A stretch of DNA of 63,922 bases, filler included, from Bigelowiella natans CCMP2755 (Eukaryota; Protista; Cercozoa), in the NCBI GenBank assembly GCA_000320545.1. It is 5 parts of 5 records of this genome, joined end to end, with 100 filler letters (N's around TTAATTAATTAA, not from the genome) between each part and the next. Parts side by side here need not be neighbours in the genome. Positions count along the whole stretch, not along the records: positions 15,732 to 38,025 come from ADNK01003379.1; 4 more parts are not named here. The stretch is one strand, 5' to 3'. Below, piece by piece: positions 25,401 to 38,125 of the stretch (position 1 is the stretch's first letter; each line of letters starts with the position of its first letter). The position numbers and the translations under genes are program-made. The notes beneath the pieces were generated by a model, which did no database searches, had not been told where the DNA came from, and saw only the letters and a list, made by a program, of their open reading frames with translations.

Positions 25401-28400
25401 ATGCCTCTGTTTAAGGATCAAGATAGCGGAGTGGAGAAAATCTTTGAAGGGCTTCCAAAAAATGTGAAAGAGGTACACCACGAGAGACGGGTCTATTCCT
25501 GCTAAATAAGAAGAGAATCCATTCGATCAATACACACGTGTAAAGATGTACGACTGATTTTACGAGTGAATGTGTTCGGGATCGACAGGAACTGGGTGGG
25601 TTTTCCAAAATTGATCTTTTGGACCTTAACAAGGATGACTGTATTAACATCTGCGAAAGCAAAGCTCAGGTGATGTGACAAATGTTGCCGTGTATTTTGT
25701 GCATAGCTATCGGGTGTTTGAGACATAATAAAATGATCTCATAAAATTGTAATATATTTACGCCAATGTTAATTTGAACACCATGCAGCTTTCTACTTTG
25801 CGGATTATACATCCCCAACCACAGAATATTACAGTGTTCTACATTATACAGGGTATTCGTCTATATTATCGAATAAAACGCATAATTTCAGTCTCTTCAC
25901 AAGCTAAGCTGCAACAGGAAGCTCAACAGGTGATAGTGTAGACCTCAATTACCTGCATTCCATATAAATACATGATACTGATATTTAAAAAATTAAAAAT
26001 AGGCTACCTTACTTTTCTTTATTATCAATCTGTTCTCTCTCTCCTTTCTCTTTCTAATACAAGCGTTCTCGCTACTCAACCTCTCGTTTCATACCAGATT
26101 CAAGAAACTCTAAATGAAAACGCACTATTCTTCAACGGAAACGGAAACGACAACGAAGGAGAGAGAACCAAAGAAGAGGACAGAAAGGAAGACATCAACG
26201 AGAGCCAATCTGCAAATGGAGGGGGGGGAGTAGAAGCGGAAGAATCGGCTCGACTCGATAGGATTTCCAGCACCAACGACCAGAAAGGACCTTATGGTAT
26301 GGAACACAAGGTGGAATTGACCTTGAATGTCGACAAATTCTCTGAAGTCAGAAACATGAAAACATATCTCTACGTCAACGGTCATCGTTCAAATAGTGTA
26401 TTTCGAGTAAGCAGACGAACAAAGGACACAGTAGTGTATGATGGTAAAACCGAAGGGTTTCAGGAACTGGGATTATTAGTTTCCTTCTCAAGAAATGATG
26501 GTCTCGCACAAGTCCGTAAGAAAGTAATCGGAGATGCTCCACTCTACATATGTGGGAAAATCACGTTGTGGAGCAACAGGCCCATAGGCACAGTGAATAT
26601 TCTGGACAAAAATGGATCTGCATTTAAAGAGAAAAATTATCCAGCAAAGCTGTACCCGCCGAGCACATCCTCGAGCAGCTCCTCGTCTTCTACATCATCT
26701 TCATCTTCGAGCTCGAAATTAACACCGGTTGACAAATTGCGGACGAAAGGAAAAGGTGGTTGTTATATTAGAGACGATCAACTCCCTAATCTATGTGCAA
26801 TCCTTCCACACCAGACTTTCCATCAGAAGCAAGTTTTTAGCATGCACCCTTAAGAACGACACGAGTTTACACTTAATATCAAATCCAAACTGTTAAATTT
26901 GAGGTTGTTGAATTCTCGGATAGAGAGAACTGATGCCGAACATTTGTTTTAATATTGGGAAGAAAAACTATAAGATACCATAAATGAATGATTTTGAAGT
27001 TGTAGCTATGAACAAACATTAAAATATGGATAAATTTGATGATTTTAAAAATGCGACAATGACAATTAGATCTTAGAGACGAGGAATCAGAGAAAAAGTG
27101 CCAGCTCGAATTCGGTATTAAACTTAAGATGACTAAAAATGACGCTGAGGTATACTGCGAGAGGTTATCCGAAGCCCTTAAATTGATGAAGGAGGTGTTT
27201 GCAGTGATTCCGAGGGAATATAGAGATGAGAAAACAGATACCATCAGTCGTCAAATGATCGCAGATAACTCAAAAAATGAAACCTTAGTTGCGGTCTCGC
27301 TGAAGTTAATGAAGGTAACTTACGTACGACAAAGAATGATGTTTGTACCACCATATTATAGCTGAATTATTAGGCGAAATACTCTGTATCAAACGTGGCC
27401 AAAGTGTTACAAAGAACCTTAAATCTTTGGGACGGGACAACTCAACTTCCACACGGTGTGTACAAAGGAGGATCCCCGGTAGTCACCAAGGGATGCATCA
27501 AAATAACCCAATTTTTCAAAATGGGAGCAGTTGCTAAAGCTTCAGAGATGTTGAAATGGATATTTAACGAGGAAAAACATCTGATGAGTACTCTCACGTT
27601 TAATGGAGAAGCGGTAAGCGAGCTCGACATCGAATATTTTTCTCCTGATCAATCAAATAAATTAGGGATACCAAACAAGGTATATACTGAGAGAAACTGA
27701 ATATGATTACAAAGATCCTAGAAAATCACAATTTTTCTTGTCGTCTGGCCGTTTTGTTGTGCTCGGGATTCATTTATGTAGGTGTGGTTCGTATTTCCCA
27801 ACGTTACAGAGCAGCTCAGTCAACGAGTGAACTCTTTCCTCCAAGAGCATCCTTTTCTTGAGCAGCAGCCTTATCGTCATGAAAGTTTTCCGGATATAGA
27901 GCTGCAACAGGTAGTAGTGAGTGTTTGGTTAAGAGTGAGTAACATCTTTGTGCTCTATATGATGAATATCTGTGCCTACGTTATATTTCAAATAAGTTTT
28001 CCTTTGCAATTATATGGTGTTTGTCTCTTTTATTATTTTGTCGATGTTTATTCTTTGGGCCTAGCTATTCTGTGATAGCAATATAGCATTATGTTACCAT
28101 TTACATTTTTATTTACCACAATCTCGAGTGCTCTCCCATCAACTAAATCTTATAATGATCTTTCTTTCCTCTTTCTGATCGAATCTCCGATTTCTTCAAA
28201 TCTGCCATCCTTTTTCACATATCACTCTGACCTTCCTTCCACAATAGATCAAGATTTCGTCGATGACGAAGGCATTACGACCAGGTATTGTTACTACCGT
28301 AGAAGCAAGCTTATTAATATAGACTTTATCGAATATCTTCTATATCCTCATATTTCCACATTTATACATCTTGGAAAAGTGATAAATCATGTGTTTTTTG

Positions 28401-28420
28401 AACAAAAGCAGCAGGATAAT
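25401..28420 (+). CDS. Uncharacterised protein: SAM-like N-terminus + unrecognised ~120-aa domain + C-terminal region; 3' end uncertain
   Basis: Spliced MPLFKDQDSGVEKIFEGLPKNVKE|ELGGFSKIDLLDLNKDDCINICESKAQ|GIRLYYRIK resembles the CP2/Grainyhead-type SAM pattern (DLLxLxxxDxxxIC...GIRL). In-frame GT-AG junctions continue through ~26098-26756, 27070-27313, 27374-27678, 27782-27909. Confidence 0.65.
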
Positions 28421-28547
28421 GAACCAGATTAATTTAGTCTGATTGATAGGGTTTTTGAATGAAACCTCATTCCATTTCCTATACCATTTTTCTTTTGTTG
28501 CTTTCGCTGCATGCTCTATCATAGGAGGAGGGGATACCTCCATATCC

Positions 28548-28766
28548 ATGTCGAAACCTGAATTCCAGATGAGGGATTGCAATCACATGGGGCACGATGA
28601 AGCTCAGATGAATTTGGATGATTCCAAGGATGAGAGCTATGATAGAAGCACCAGCATCGGTCTTTCTACTTCCGCAGCTATCAACTCTACAGCTACGGTA
28701 ACTGATGTAACGATGCTAGCCTCCTCGTTTAATAGATAAAACAGCATATACTTACAGAGAAAAAGG

Positions 28767-28818
<52 letters not shown>

Positions 28819-31601
28819 AACGAAGCAAGGTAGAAAAAGGAGAATCAAGAAAAGGTTATGTCGAGAATGCATTCATACCATATTCATTAAAGGGCATATT
28901 ATTGCCGCTCCTCCTTATATTATTGATTGAGTCGCTGCTTAATTTAACACAACTAAAAAGGTACAGTACGATGCTGCTTTATGCGATGATTATGCAAGAA
29001 AAGACTTGGATTCGATGCGCCGATTTGTGACGAATGTTAACGTTGACACCAAGGATATATATGGATGGACTCCCCTCCACCGTGCTGCTCACTTTAGTCA
29101 TATAGAGGCAATGCAGTACCTTGTGGAGAAGGCCAACGCCAACGTCGAGGCCAAGGATAACGATGGATCGACACCCCTCCACAGTGCTGCTCGATATGGC
29201 CATGTTGATGCGGTGCAGCACCTTGTCGAGAAGGCCAACGCCAACGTCGAGGCCAAGGATAACGATGGATGGACTCCCCTCCACCGTGCTGCTCACTTTA
29301 GTCATATAGAGGCAATGCAGTACCTTGTGGAGAAGGCCAACGCCAACGTCGAGGCCAAGGATAACGATGGATGGACACCCCTCCACCGTGCTACTCGTAA
29401 TGGCCATGTTGATGCGGTGCAGTACCTTGTGGAGAAGGCCAACGCCAACGTCGAGGCCAAGGATAACGATGGATGCACACCCCTCAGCTATGCTGCTCGT
29501 AATGGCCAGGTTGTTTCAATGCAGTACCTTACCGAGAAGGCCAACGCCAACGTTGACCCCAAGAATGACTTGAAATCCACATCCATCCACTACGCTGCTC
29601 AAATTGGTCATATTGATGCATTGCAGTGCCTTGTGGAGAAGGCCAACGTCAACGTCGAGGCCAAGGATATATATGGATGCACACCCCTCCACAGTGCTGC
29701 TCGATATGGCTATGTTGATGCGGTGCAGTACCTTACCGAGAAGGCCAACGCCAACGTCGAGGCCAAGGATATATATGGATGGACATCCCTCCACTATGCT
29801 ACTCGTAATGGCCAGGTTGATGCGGTGCAGTACCTTGTCGAGAAGGCCAACGCCAACGTCGAGGCCAAGAATAATCATGGATGCACACCCCTCCACTATG
29901 CTGCTCGTAATGGCCAGGTTGATGCGGTGCAGTACCTTGTCGAGAAGGCCAACGCCAACGTCGAGGCCAAGACTAACGTTGGATGGACATCCCTCCACTA
30001 TGCTGCTAGTAATGGCCATGTTGATGCGGTGCAGTACCTTACCGAGAAGGCCAACGCCAACGTCGAGGCCAAGGATATATATGGATGCACACCCCTCCAC
30101 TATGCTGCTCGTAATGGCCAGGTTGATGCGGTGCAGTACCTTGTCGAGAAGGCCAACGCCAACGTCGAGGCCAAGACTAACGTTGGATGGACATCCCTCC
30201 ACTATGCTGCTAGTAATGGCCATGTTGATGCGGTGCAGTACCTTGTCGAGAAGGCCAACGCCAACGTCGAGGCTAAGGATTACGATGGATGGACACCCCT
30301 TTACTATGCTACTTGTAATGGCCAGGTAGATGCGATGCAGTACCTTGTCGAGAAGGCCAACGCCAACGTTGAGGCCAAGGATATCTATGGATACACACCG
30401 CTTGATATTACGATCAATGGCTCCGCAAGAGATTATCTAAAGAAGGTATTCGCATTATCACTCCTTCGTCGCCGCATCAATTTCAAAGAAACAAACTTTC
30501 TTTTATCACATCAGGCTGTACAAGCTCGAAGAAAGAAAGAACAGGTAAGCGAGTGCAGAGTAGAAAAACCAGCCAAAAAAAATAAAGATAGTTTAAGCAG
30601 AATAAACGACTGAATCATAGCAACTTCCGTTGCAGATGAAGAACGAGGACTTTGAGCATTCGTCTTCGTCATTTAAATTGTTGGGAAAGCGTAATCGATC
30701 TGATCAAGACGCCCTATCCTTGGATCAACAAAAGCAAAAACTTCTACAAACCAAGGTGATTTGCGTGTAATAGCATATACTTGTAGCACAACACTATTCT
30801 ATACTCTCGAGGGAGGCTCAATGCGACACAATGTTATCATCAGGTGGTGGGGGGAGATCCCATCGTTGTCATCAAGGGTTTGAATCCGGACGATTACAAA
30901 GACGTTCGAAACAACAACACGTACCTTTGGATAAACGGAGAACATCGCATAAAAGACATCGTTCGAGTCTGTAAGAGCAAGAATGCTGCCAAATACGACT
31001 ATGATGGGACGGTGGAGCTGCATGGAGACACTGATGAAAAGTTGACAGTTAGGTTTCTACGGTCTGATAATGGAAAAGTCCAGAGGATAACGCACAAACG
31101 TAAGGAATCCGCCACAATCAACCTCAGCGGAGAGATCATTCTCAAAAGCAACTTCCCGATTGAAAAGTTAGAGCTACTAGACGAAGATATGAAGCCAATA
31201 AAGAACAAAAAGTATAAGTGGTTGCTGTATGATGAGCCTCACCAGCAGCCTCATCAATTTGATGCTGCTTTAATTGCTAAATACAAGTCATCCTCGCAAC
31301 TTGCTAAGAAGCCTAAATTGTCACCTAAATCATCTCCGAAAGTTAAATCTCCAAGTACTAAATACGTGCGTAAAACCAAGAAACGTCGTCTTGGAGATGT
31401 TGATAGCTCGCCAATGGAAACAGAAACTATACAGGTACAGTAAAGTGAAAAAAAGTGAACGACTAAACATAAGATTGATTTGTTTTACTATTTGTAATAG
31501 ATATTTAAAAATTCATGAATAAATCTTGATTAAAAACAAAATGGCATTGTATCTTTTCATAGGAAAACATTGTGCGAGTAAAGAAGGAACCTGGGACTTA
31601 A
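28548..31601 (+). CDS. Ankyrin-repeat protein (13 full repeats + cap) with a C-terminal copy of the unrecognised domain and a basic NLS-like tail
   Basis: ORF 29006-30613 with GWTPLHxAAxxGHVDAVQYLVEKANANVEAKD units. In-frame exons ~28548-28696, 28961-30544, 30637-30755, 30844-31434, 31563-31601. Tail contains KTKKRRL and VKKE. Confidence 0.85.
29054..30379 (+). repeat. 102-bp coding tandem repeat x13 (34-aa ankyrin units)
   Basis: Near-identical gagaaggccaacgccaacgtcgaggccaag linker every 102 bp. Confidence 0.95.
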
Positions 31602-31819
31602 ACGCAGGGACCTTTGAACCTCAAATATCAGCGATTTCTATGGAATCCAACTTTTTCTGTAATTTTTGAAGTGACAGTTAACAAATCGATGTGTAGTTCC
31701 TTGCTGCGTAGACCTCGTACGTGTAGTCAGCTAATCTACTGGTCTTATGTAGTGCAGCAGCTTGCTAATTGCAATGATCACGGTCGTCTATCTATCTATC
31801 TAGCTAGCTAGCTAGCTAT

Positions 31820-32380
31820 ACATGCATTGCTGCCGCTTGCAAGGTTAGTAGAGTCACACAAATCATGCACTTTGACCTCGTGCCATCAGACAAGCAAGCT
31901 ATCTAGCTATGACAGACCTAGAGAGGGCGAATAAACACCAGATGTGATCTAGGTGATTCTCTAGATTCTCAGCGCGATGCATCATGTGCGTCATGCTAGC
32001 ATGTACTAGTGTAGCATCGCTAGATCGGTGTGATCTAGATGATTGTCATGAGTGCAACATTTAGGTGTGCACACTTAGCTAGTTAGGTTGCACGCAGCAC
32101 AGCTAGACAGAGACACAGAGATAGCAATGAGCTAGATGAGGTTTAGACCATGCTAGCATAGCATGCGATAATTGGCTGTCATTCAGCGCTACGTTAAAAA
32201 TACCAAGCTGGGTTTGCAATAGCCCTCAGTAAGCTACATTGATGATTTGTAAATCTAGAAATGCAATCAACTTGCAATGCTAGAATGATAGCTGTTGAAA
32301 TCTATTGCTACCATTGAGATTGTGAGATGACGAACTAAGGCCCTTGCGGTAGCTCATCTAGCAGTCTAGCAGTGCTCGAA
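31820..32380. other. CTAG-rich island with context-restricted TpA, between convergent genes
   Basis: 31861-32160: 23 TpA, 12 in CTAG and 21 in CTA/TAG context (manual count). Confidence 0.7.
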
Positions 32381-32397
32381 GTATGTGCTACGATGGC

Positions 32398-33571
32398 TTA
32401 TTTCTTCTTCCATAAAGTACCAGCCGATTCCATCTCAGAGACATATGCGAGGACTCGAGTTGCGCTGATTGCCTTCTTGCTAAATTCTACTTCCGAAGTG
32501 TTCCTTTTCTCCCCCCCCTAATTAGCACATTGCGAATACGTTGACGATCTTGCGATGATCATGAGCGGGTATGCATGTCTATATGTGGTCTTGCATTCTA
32601 TCACATGTCATTGAATCAAAATATAGTAAACACCCTGCACTATATTTTAGCTAGCTAGCTAGAGGCGAAACGTAAGAGGGGCATCATCCGCACCATGTAG
32701 AGAGGGGGCTCTGGTCTATAGGCCATTTTGCTTTCTATCGTCACGCGTCCTGTTTAAACCGAGATGCGAACAAGAAAAGTGAAGAAGGGAACAAGTACAA
32801 GATATGTTGATTCTTGAGTGAGTGAGTGTGTGTATGTATTAAATAGAATCATAATCGAAACGGCAAACCTGCAGTCCCGTGAGCTTCGCTGATGCCCTAC
32901 AAATCCGCACCAAATTCTCAGAAGAGGGAGAGAATTAGGAAACACGTGCGGGAGGAAGATGCAATGCGACACATACGACCGTTTCCTCCATAATGCTTCT
33001 GACGTTTTGCACCGTCACGCCGCCCCCCGCAATGATGCCTGATGGACATTTGGGAAACACATCCCCCCCCCCCCCCCCAGACACATTTGTTTTTGTTAGC
33101 AGAAACGATGCCAAAGTAATATGGCAGCGACTTTCAGTGTACAGATATGACACTACGTGTGTGTGTGGAATACATATCAGAACTACACTTACCGATCTCG
33201 CCATCCGCGCGGTTGACAAGTGTCCGAATCTGGTAAGGGGGGTGGGGGGGTGGAGAGGGAGAAGGGATAAGGTTGGGTGAAATTTGCTGTACATCGGTTT
33301 CGCAACCACACTCTGCAAATAGCGGGCAAGCTGAGACGCATGGCCTGATTAGATTCGGAAGATGAGCTGTGTTGCTTACTAAGTTCTTCGCGTCCATCGT
33401 TCCTAACAAAATAGTGTTAAATAGCATCAGCTTGTAGCAGTGGTTATGCACGCGAAAACTCACTATTCCTACACGTGCTAGCGTTGGTATTATCACCTGC
33501 TGATGGCTGCTGCCCCGATGTCAATATCCGATCAACCTGCGAGTACATACAGGGAAAGAGAGGAAGAGAGC

Positions 33572-33602
<31 letters not shown>

Positions 33603-34942
33603 CACGAGAACAATCAGCGTTTTCTCAAACACAAAGCTTAAGAATGATACGGGCTGACAAGACAAGAAAACGACATCTGAGCGATATTTCCGCCATTTAG
33701 TCAGCGATGATACGACCTCTAAAGCCACGCATGCGTCCAGTGCTGCTATCGGATCTCGGGTAACCTTGAAGAGAGCGTATCGTTCGGATACTTCAGCTTT
33801 TGTTGCATCATCTCAAGTTTACCAACATTAGTAGCCGCCCCCCGCCCCCCTCCCCCTTCCCCTCTCTACGGCTAAACGTCGGTGATAGTCGTACGTCGAA
33901 GGCCCTGTGGAACGTAACGCTCATTGGCCTGACGAGAGGGAGGAGGAGTTGTGAGGCTTTATGGCTGTGGGAGAACAGGAAAACGCGAAAGAGAAACCTC
34001 GATGCTTCCACGAGCGCGCCCATACGCTCTCGATCAACAGCGCCGTCCTTGTCTAAAGTACCCAACACCTGATGGGTATATTGATATTCGTCAGAAGGAG
34101 GGGGCGGAAGAATAACGCATGTGTGAACGATGGCTGACCACGCCGTCAGCTCCCATCGCTTTGAAAGCTTCGATGCTGGCCTTCATCACATCGATTTCCA
34201 AGTCGGAGTAGAGGAAATCACCGCCCCGCGGCCTTTCATAGCACAACAGTGCAACGGCAATTTGGCAGGGGCCGGTCGCACGCGTTGTCGATGACATGAA
34301 AATCGCAACAATGCGCCAGATTAGAATGGGATTATATCGGTAGGTCATTTCTCATGCCTCTCTCACTATCATAACACGACAGCTAAACTACTACTACTGC
34401 TACTGCCGCTTGCTGCCTCTGCAACCTGATCAGAACGTGGATCGGAATTCCAACCTTCTCCCTATAGAGAGTCAAACGAGGAAGGAGGGGATAGCACTTC
34501 AATCAGTACAACCAGAGCAAAAGTCAATACCATACGATAACAATCTTTGAGAAATAACCTCAAAACCCGAAACATTCCAGGGCTTGGAGTGACCCCCCCC
34601 TCGATCAGGTTGGCGCATAGCTCTAGCCTTCGCGCGCCTCCCTTCTCCGCTTCGATTCCTTTCAAACGCGTTGAAAGGTTTATGGGGCGAAATCAACACG
34701 TCATTTGCGATGCGCGTTTCTGCTGGTAAGTTACCCGATTCGACAGAGTCCACACACGCTTCGAACAGCGGTGTTGTCCCCCCCCTCTCTGAGCGGCTAT
34801 TCGTAGGAGAAACAGCAGTTTTCGCAGCAGCGGAAGCTGTCAATATGAAGCTTTGGTCGGTACCCGAAGAACACAGTCTCGCCGACAGCATGCCTGCGCA
34901 GCCTCCGATCATTCCACCGAGGAACGCGCGCCGGAACGCCAT
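32398..34942 (-). CDS. cutC: Copper homeostasis protein CutC, with N-terminal extension (possible organellar targeting)
   Basis: FEACVDSVES, GGARRLELCANLIEGGVTPSPG, IHVLIR|PRGGDFLYSDLE, GADGV|VLGTL, TFHRAFD, VDRILTSGQ, IIAGGGV. Confidence 0.93.
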
Positions 34943-35229
34943 TGTTCGGGCCGAGTTTTCGCTGGATCGATCGTCATTTCAGCCCTGCGACAAGGAAAAT
35001 ATGCTAATAGTATTGCTGAGTTACCTGCAATTCTTCCTGAACTTACTGCTCCAGAAATAATATCTGTTTTCGAATAGCGACATACTTTTTTTGTAATTTC
35101 TGGAATAAATTCAGTGCATTTTACCGATTTATTAGAATAACCGGAAAATAATAAATCGTAATTTCCCAACCAGGCTGCTGCTTCTCTTGCCTGCCCCCTT
35201 CAAGCAGCCCCCACACCGGATTTAACACG

Positions 35230-36518
35230 ATGTCCTCGTCGTCCCAATGCGCCCTCAGGGTGTCTCTCAGCGCAAGCATTTTCCTTCTGGGCATGATCTG
35301 GGTGTGTACCATGATCGGCCATGCGAAATATGAAGGCTTTCGAGTCGCAGCGCCGCTTGCTCGTCAGTCCACGTCGACGATGACAAGAGCTTTCTACAAG
35401 CCCGTCCCTGCTACCGAGGGATGCGCCACACCAAAAACAGCAATATTCGCGGAAAGCAGACGGGATCAGCATCCGTCCCAGCGGTTTTCCACCCAAATCT
35501 TCCAAAACAGCCGCAGATTTCGACGCGCCGCCGGTAGCTCGAGTCGTGTTGCTCAGGTGCGCATTTCTCGAGCCTTTTGATCTGGGCCTGTGTGCCGTTA
35601 TTATTCCTGGACTCATGTTGTACGTTGATCTTGCGATGATGTTGTATGCTATCGACTGAACTGCGATGAGTGGAGTAGTAGCCTTTGTGACAGGGTTCTG
35701 CTTTGCTTGCATGCTGTTTGCCACCTCGCTGTTGTGACCTCCGCTCTAATGAGCCTCTCAATGCAATTTCCTTGACATTTATAATTTTATAATAAATAAA
35801 TGCGACGAGGAGATTGAGAGGAAGTTGAAGTCAGAGAAACTGCGCTTGTTCCCTATCTCTCTTCGATTTCTTCATCATTTCTCTCTTCAATGAAATAATT
35901 CCAGGATATCCTCACTGTGAACGCTGTAGCACCTGCGGTCATTTTTGGTGGAGGGCGCGTGGGCCAGGCATTGAAAGAGGTTCAGATATATTCTTTCATC
36001 ATCACACGCGGGACTCTGCCGCCATCGTTTCCTTTTGGTTTTTCGGAGCGATTTTGGGGATGTAATAGCCAAATTCAATGCATCGTTTTTCTATCTCCTA
36101 TTGCCTCTCTCCTTTTCCAATAAATTGCATTTTATATTGTTGATATAGATGGGAGAGGGGCAGGACGTGATTCTAAAGCGCCATGATCCATGGCCAGAGG
36201 ATGCTCCGGAAGGTGGGCTAAGGAAGGGGGGGGGGGGATGTTGATAGGAGACCTCGAATACTGTGCTGTTTCATTGCATATGTAGATTTAATTTGACACT
36301 ACATGTGAATACGCGATTATATGAGTGTGGAACGTTGTAAGAATTCATACTTCAGGCATTGGTTGATGAAGGGGGGGGCAGGGCGCATGTTTTCATATAC
36401 GTGAGGATTTTTATGATTGTAAGTAAATGAGTATATATGTGTGCGTTATATATCAGGACCCATTTTTGTCGCGACTAGGAACGATGCGCTTGACGGTGCT
36501 AGTTGACCACACATTTAT

Positions 36519-36564
<46 letters not shown>

Positions 36565-36712
36565 AAGCAGTGGGGGAAGGGGAAAATCTTCGGTGTGTGA
36601 GATTTTGATAATTTTTAAGGGATCCTCTATTGTTCATATTGATGCTCGAAATCATTAGTGACGAGTCAATCAATACCATCCTCCGCCTCTCTTCCTTCCT
36701 TGCAACCGATGG

Positions 36713-36744
<32 letters not shown>

Positions 36745-37126
36745 TCTCCCTCTTCTTCCCCCACCCCCTCCCCCACCCTCTCTCAGCTGTGATTGAGAAG
36801 GTTCCCGAAGACCGACGGGAGGACCTGGTCATAGCACATCGCACGCATTGCTCGCACAAATGAATGCATAGTGGAAAGAATTTGAAGTTGGCGTCTTCGG
36901 AGGATCTCACGCTGAGAGAACGTTGTTGATACCGGCAGGTTTTTATGCAAAACGGAATGCTCGGGCCTTACTTGAAGGAAAAGGGCCTCGAAAACGCCAC
37001 GCAGGTTGCTGCGGAAGAAGGGCGAATTCGTGTGTCAGACCCGCGCGTGTGCTAGTTCGCATGATGCTGGAAATATGCATGGAAACATGCGTTGGTTGAT
37101 GCGTGTAGGTGTGTGTTTGTGTGAAG

Positions 37127-37169
<43 letters not shown>

Positions 37170-37431
37170 GGAGGGGAGGACTTCTGATAGATAGCGCTTG
37201 TTTGCTTGTTCTCGGTGTAGGTTTTGGTCTACTTCGCGGTGGCGAAACTCGGTAGTGAGCGGTTGCCTTGAGCATAACAACTGCGAGTCGATTAGTTGAT
37301 TTCCACAGAGTTGATATGTGGAAATCTATCTTTCTCTTTCCTTTTCCTTACGCTCTCATCGCTGTCCTTTCTTATCGCGATCCACAGCATAGACGTGGTT
37401 TTAAAACACTAACACATTGACGACCACGATC

Positions 37432-37466
<35 letters not shown>

Positions 37467-37912
37467 ATGGAGACGAGGAAACATGACTGTATAATAATAT
37501 CACGTCGTTGTCGCAATAATCGCTCCACAGGAGACGACCCAACGGACGGTGTGACTGATATGAACCCTGAGGGCCTTACAGCTGCCAACGGTACGTGCAA
37601 TATTTCTATTTGCTCAATAGTATCAACGACCTGATACGCGAGCGCGCGCGCGCGTGTGTGTGTGTGCGTGTGTGTGTGCTAATGCTTCGAGCCTTTAATC
37701 TTGATGGTATTTGGTAGGTAAATGGGCGAAAGCTGCAGCAGAAAGGTGTGATATTTGCAATAACATGCTCTGAGCAGTATGAATAGCAGCAAATATTAAA
37801 TGCATAATACACGCGCGAGCGCGCGCACTTGCACGTACGGATTTTAGCAGAAGAGTTGTGTCAGATTTTTCCCCTCTCTCCCCCCCCCCTCTCTCTCTTT
37901 GTATGTGTGTGT

Positions 37913-37946
<34 letters not shown>

Positions 37947-38005
37947 ATTGCTCTACTGTTTCTTATCGGCTCCTCAGGTTCAAGAACAAGGGCCTCAGTT
38001 GCAAA
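35230..38005 (+). CDS. Conserved plastid protein similar to Arabidopsis At1g16080 (ketopantoate-reductase-like Rossmann fold), bipartite leader; truncated by gap
   Basis: Spliced AVIFGGGRVGQALKE|MGEGQDVILKR...GPIFVATRNDALD...DL|VFMQNGML...Q|VLVYFAVAKL|GDDPTDGVTDMNPEGLTAAN|GKWA...GLSCK. N-terminal hydrophobic segment followed by an S/T/R-rich tract. Head-to-head with cutC (~290 bp). Confidence 0.85.
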
Positions 38006-38025
38006 GTACGTACATCTGCTTCACC

Positions 38026-38125
38026 NNNNNNNNNNNNNNNNNNNNNNNNNNNNNNNNNNNNNNNNNNNNTTAATTAATTAANNNNNNNNNNNNNNNNNNN
38101 NNNNNNNNNNNNNNNNNNNNNNNNN
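38026..38125. other. Assembly gap spacer
   Basis: N44-TTAATTAATTAA-N44. Confidence 0.98.

Noticed and set aside
28979-30329. Long alternative-frame and antisense ORFs over the ankyrin array
   Set aside because: Consequence of an in-frame 102-bp repeat lacking stops.
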